In this document: one piece after another, positions 63,568 through 64,000 of the stretch | Layout: each line of letters starts with the position of its first letter | How positions within the stretch are numbered: the first letter of the stretch is position 1 | Assembly: GCA_043228905.1 (NCBI GenBank) | Contig: JBHGNT010000007.1 | Coordinates: forward strand, 21,576,001-21,640,000 | DNA: 64,000 nucleotides | DNA from: Azolla caroliniana | Lineage: Eukaryota; Plantae; Polypodiophyta | Direction of reading: 5' to 3' | Translations under genes and position numbers: made by a program | Notes under the pieces: model-generated | Databases searched by the model: none | Told to the model about the DNA's origin: nothing | Seen by the model: only the letters and a program-made list of their open reading frames with translations

Positions 63568-64000
63568 ATCAACGGTTCGGTTCGAACCGAACCGTGAAAC
63601 CGCGGATTAACGGCTTAAACGGTTCGGCTCGAGCCTATTATTGGTTTAATGATTTCCAATTTAAATGGTTTGACAGTTTAGGATCGACACTCAGATCATT
63701 TTCTTAAATTGATTGTTTTCACATTTTAAGCCTCATTTTTTATATTTTAAAAAAAAACTTTGAGTTTTGAAAATTTTAAAATTTTCAAAATTTTAATGTA
63801 AACTTTTGGATTTTGACCTAACTTGTAAACCAAAACCGAACCACGAAACCGTGGTTTTAAAAGTTTAACAATTTGAAAGTGTCTAAAACCATATGGTTTG
63901 AGCTTGCGTTTTTTGTAATGGTTTGGTTTAAATGGTTTTGTGGTTCGGTTCAGTTTAAGTTTCAATTTTTTTTAACTGTTTGAGTTTGACACTCTTGAAT
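63568..64000. mobile_element. AACCG-rich MITE-like element related to 54288-54768, about 190 bp upstream of the PPR start codon; boundaries approximate
   Basis: CGGTTCGGTTCGAACCGAACCGTGAAACCGCGGATTAAC parallels 54299-54345 and has the same AT-rich core. Confidence 0.65.

Overview
Plant nuclear DNA, probably from a fern or another seed-free plant (inferred from the PPR and retroelement types). Bases 1-47,400 are a deeply nested retrotransposon stack that can be resolved by target-site duplications (TSDs). On the left, a Copia element abuts a Gypsy-type gag remnant that carries a solo LTR and a second Copia, itself holding a solo LTR. From about 12,850, a minus-strand L1-like LINE is split by a Tnt1-like Copia (14385-45096). 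That Copia contains a tRNA-Trp-primed Gypsy, three further Tnt1-like Copia insertions plus an extra LTR, and a gag-only non-autonomous Gypsy partner. The right end holds two host genes: a 19-exon LRR-VIII-1 (HPCA1/CARD1-like) receptor kinase with a non-RD catalytic loop, and an intronless PLS-E class PPR gene. MITEs and tandem repeats surround them. The strongest leads are: (1) a complete -1 ribosomal frameshift cassette (G_GAU_UUU slippery site, 6-nt spacer, H-type pseudoknot) between protease and RT in the Trp-primed Gypsy; (2) covarying hairpins conserved across diverged LTR subfamilies; (3) a gag swap on a shared pol; (4) a possible LTR shared between Copia and Gypsy internal regions. All coordinates were read by eye and no database searches were run.
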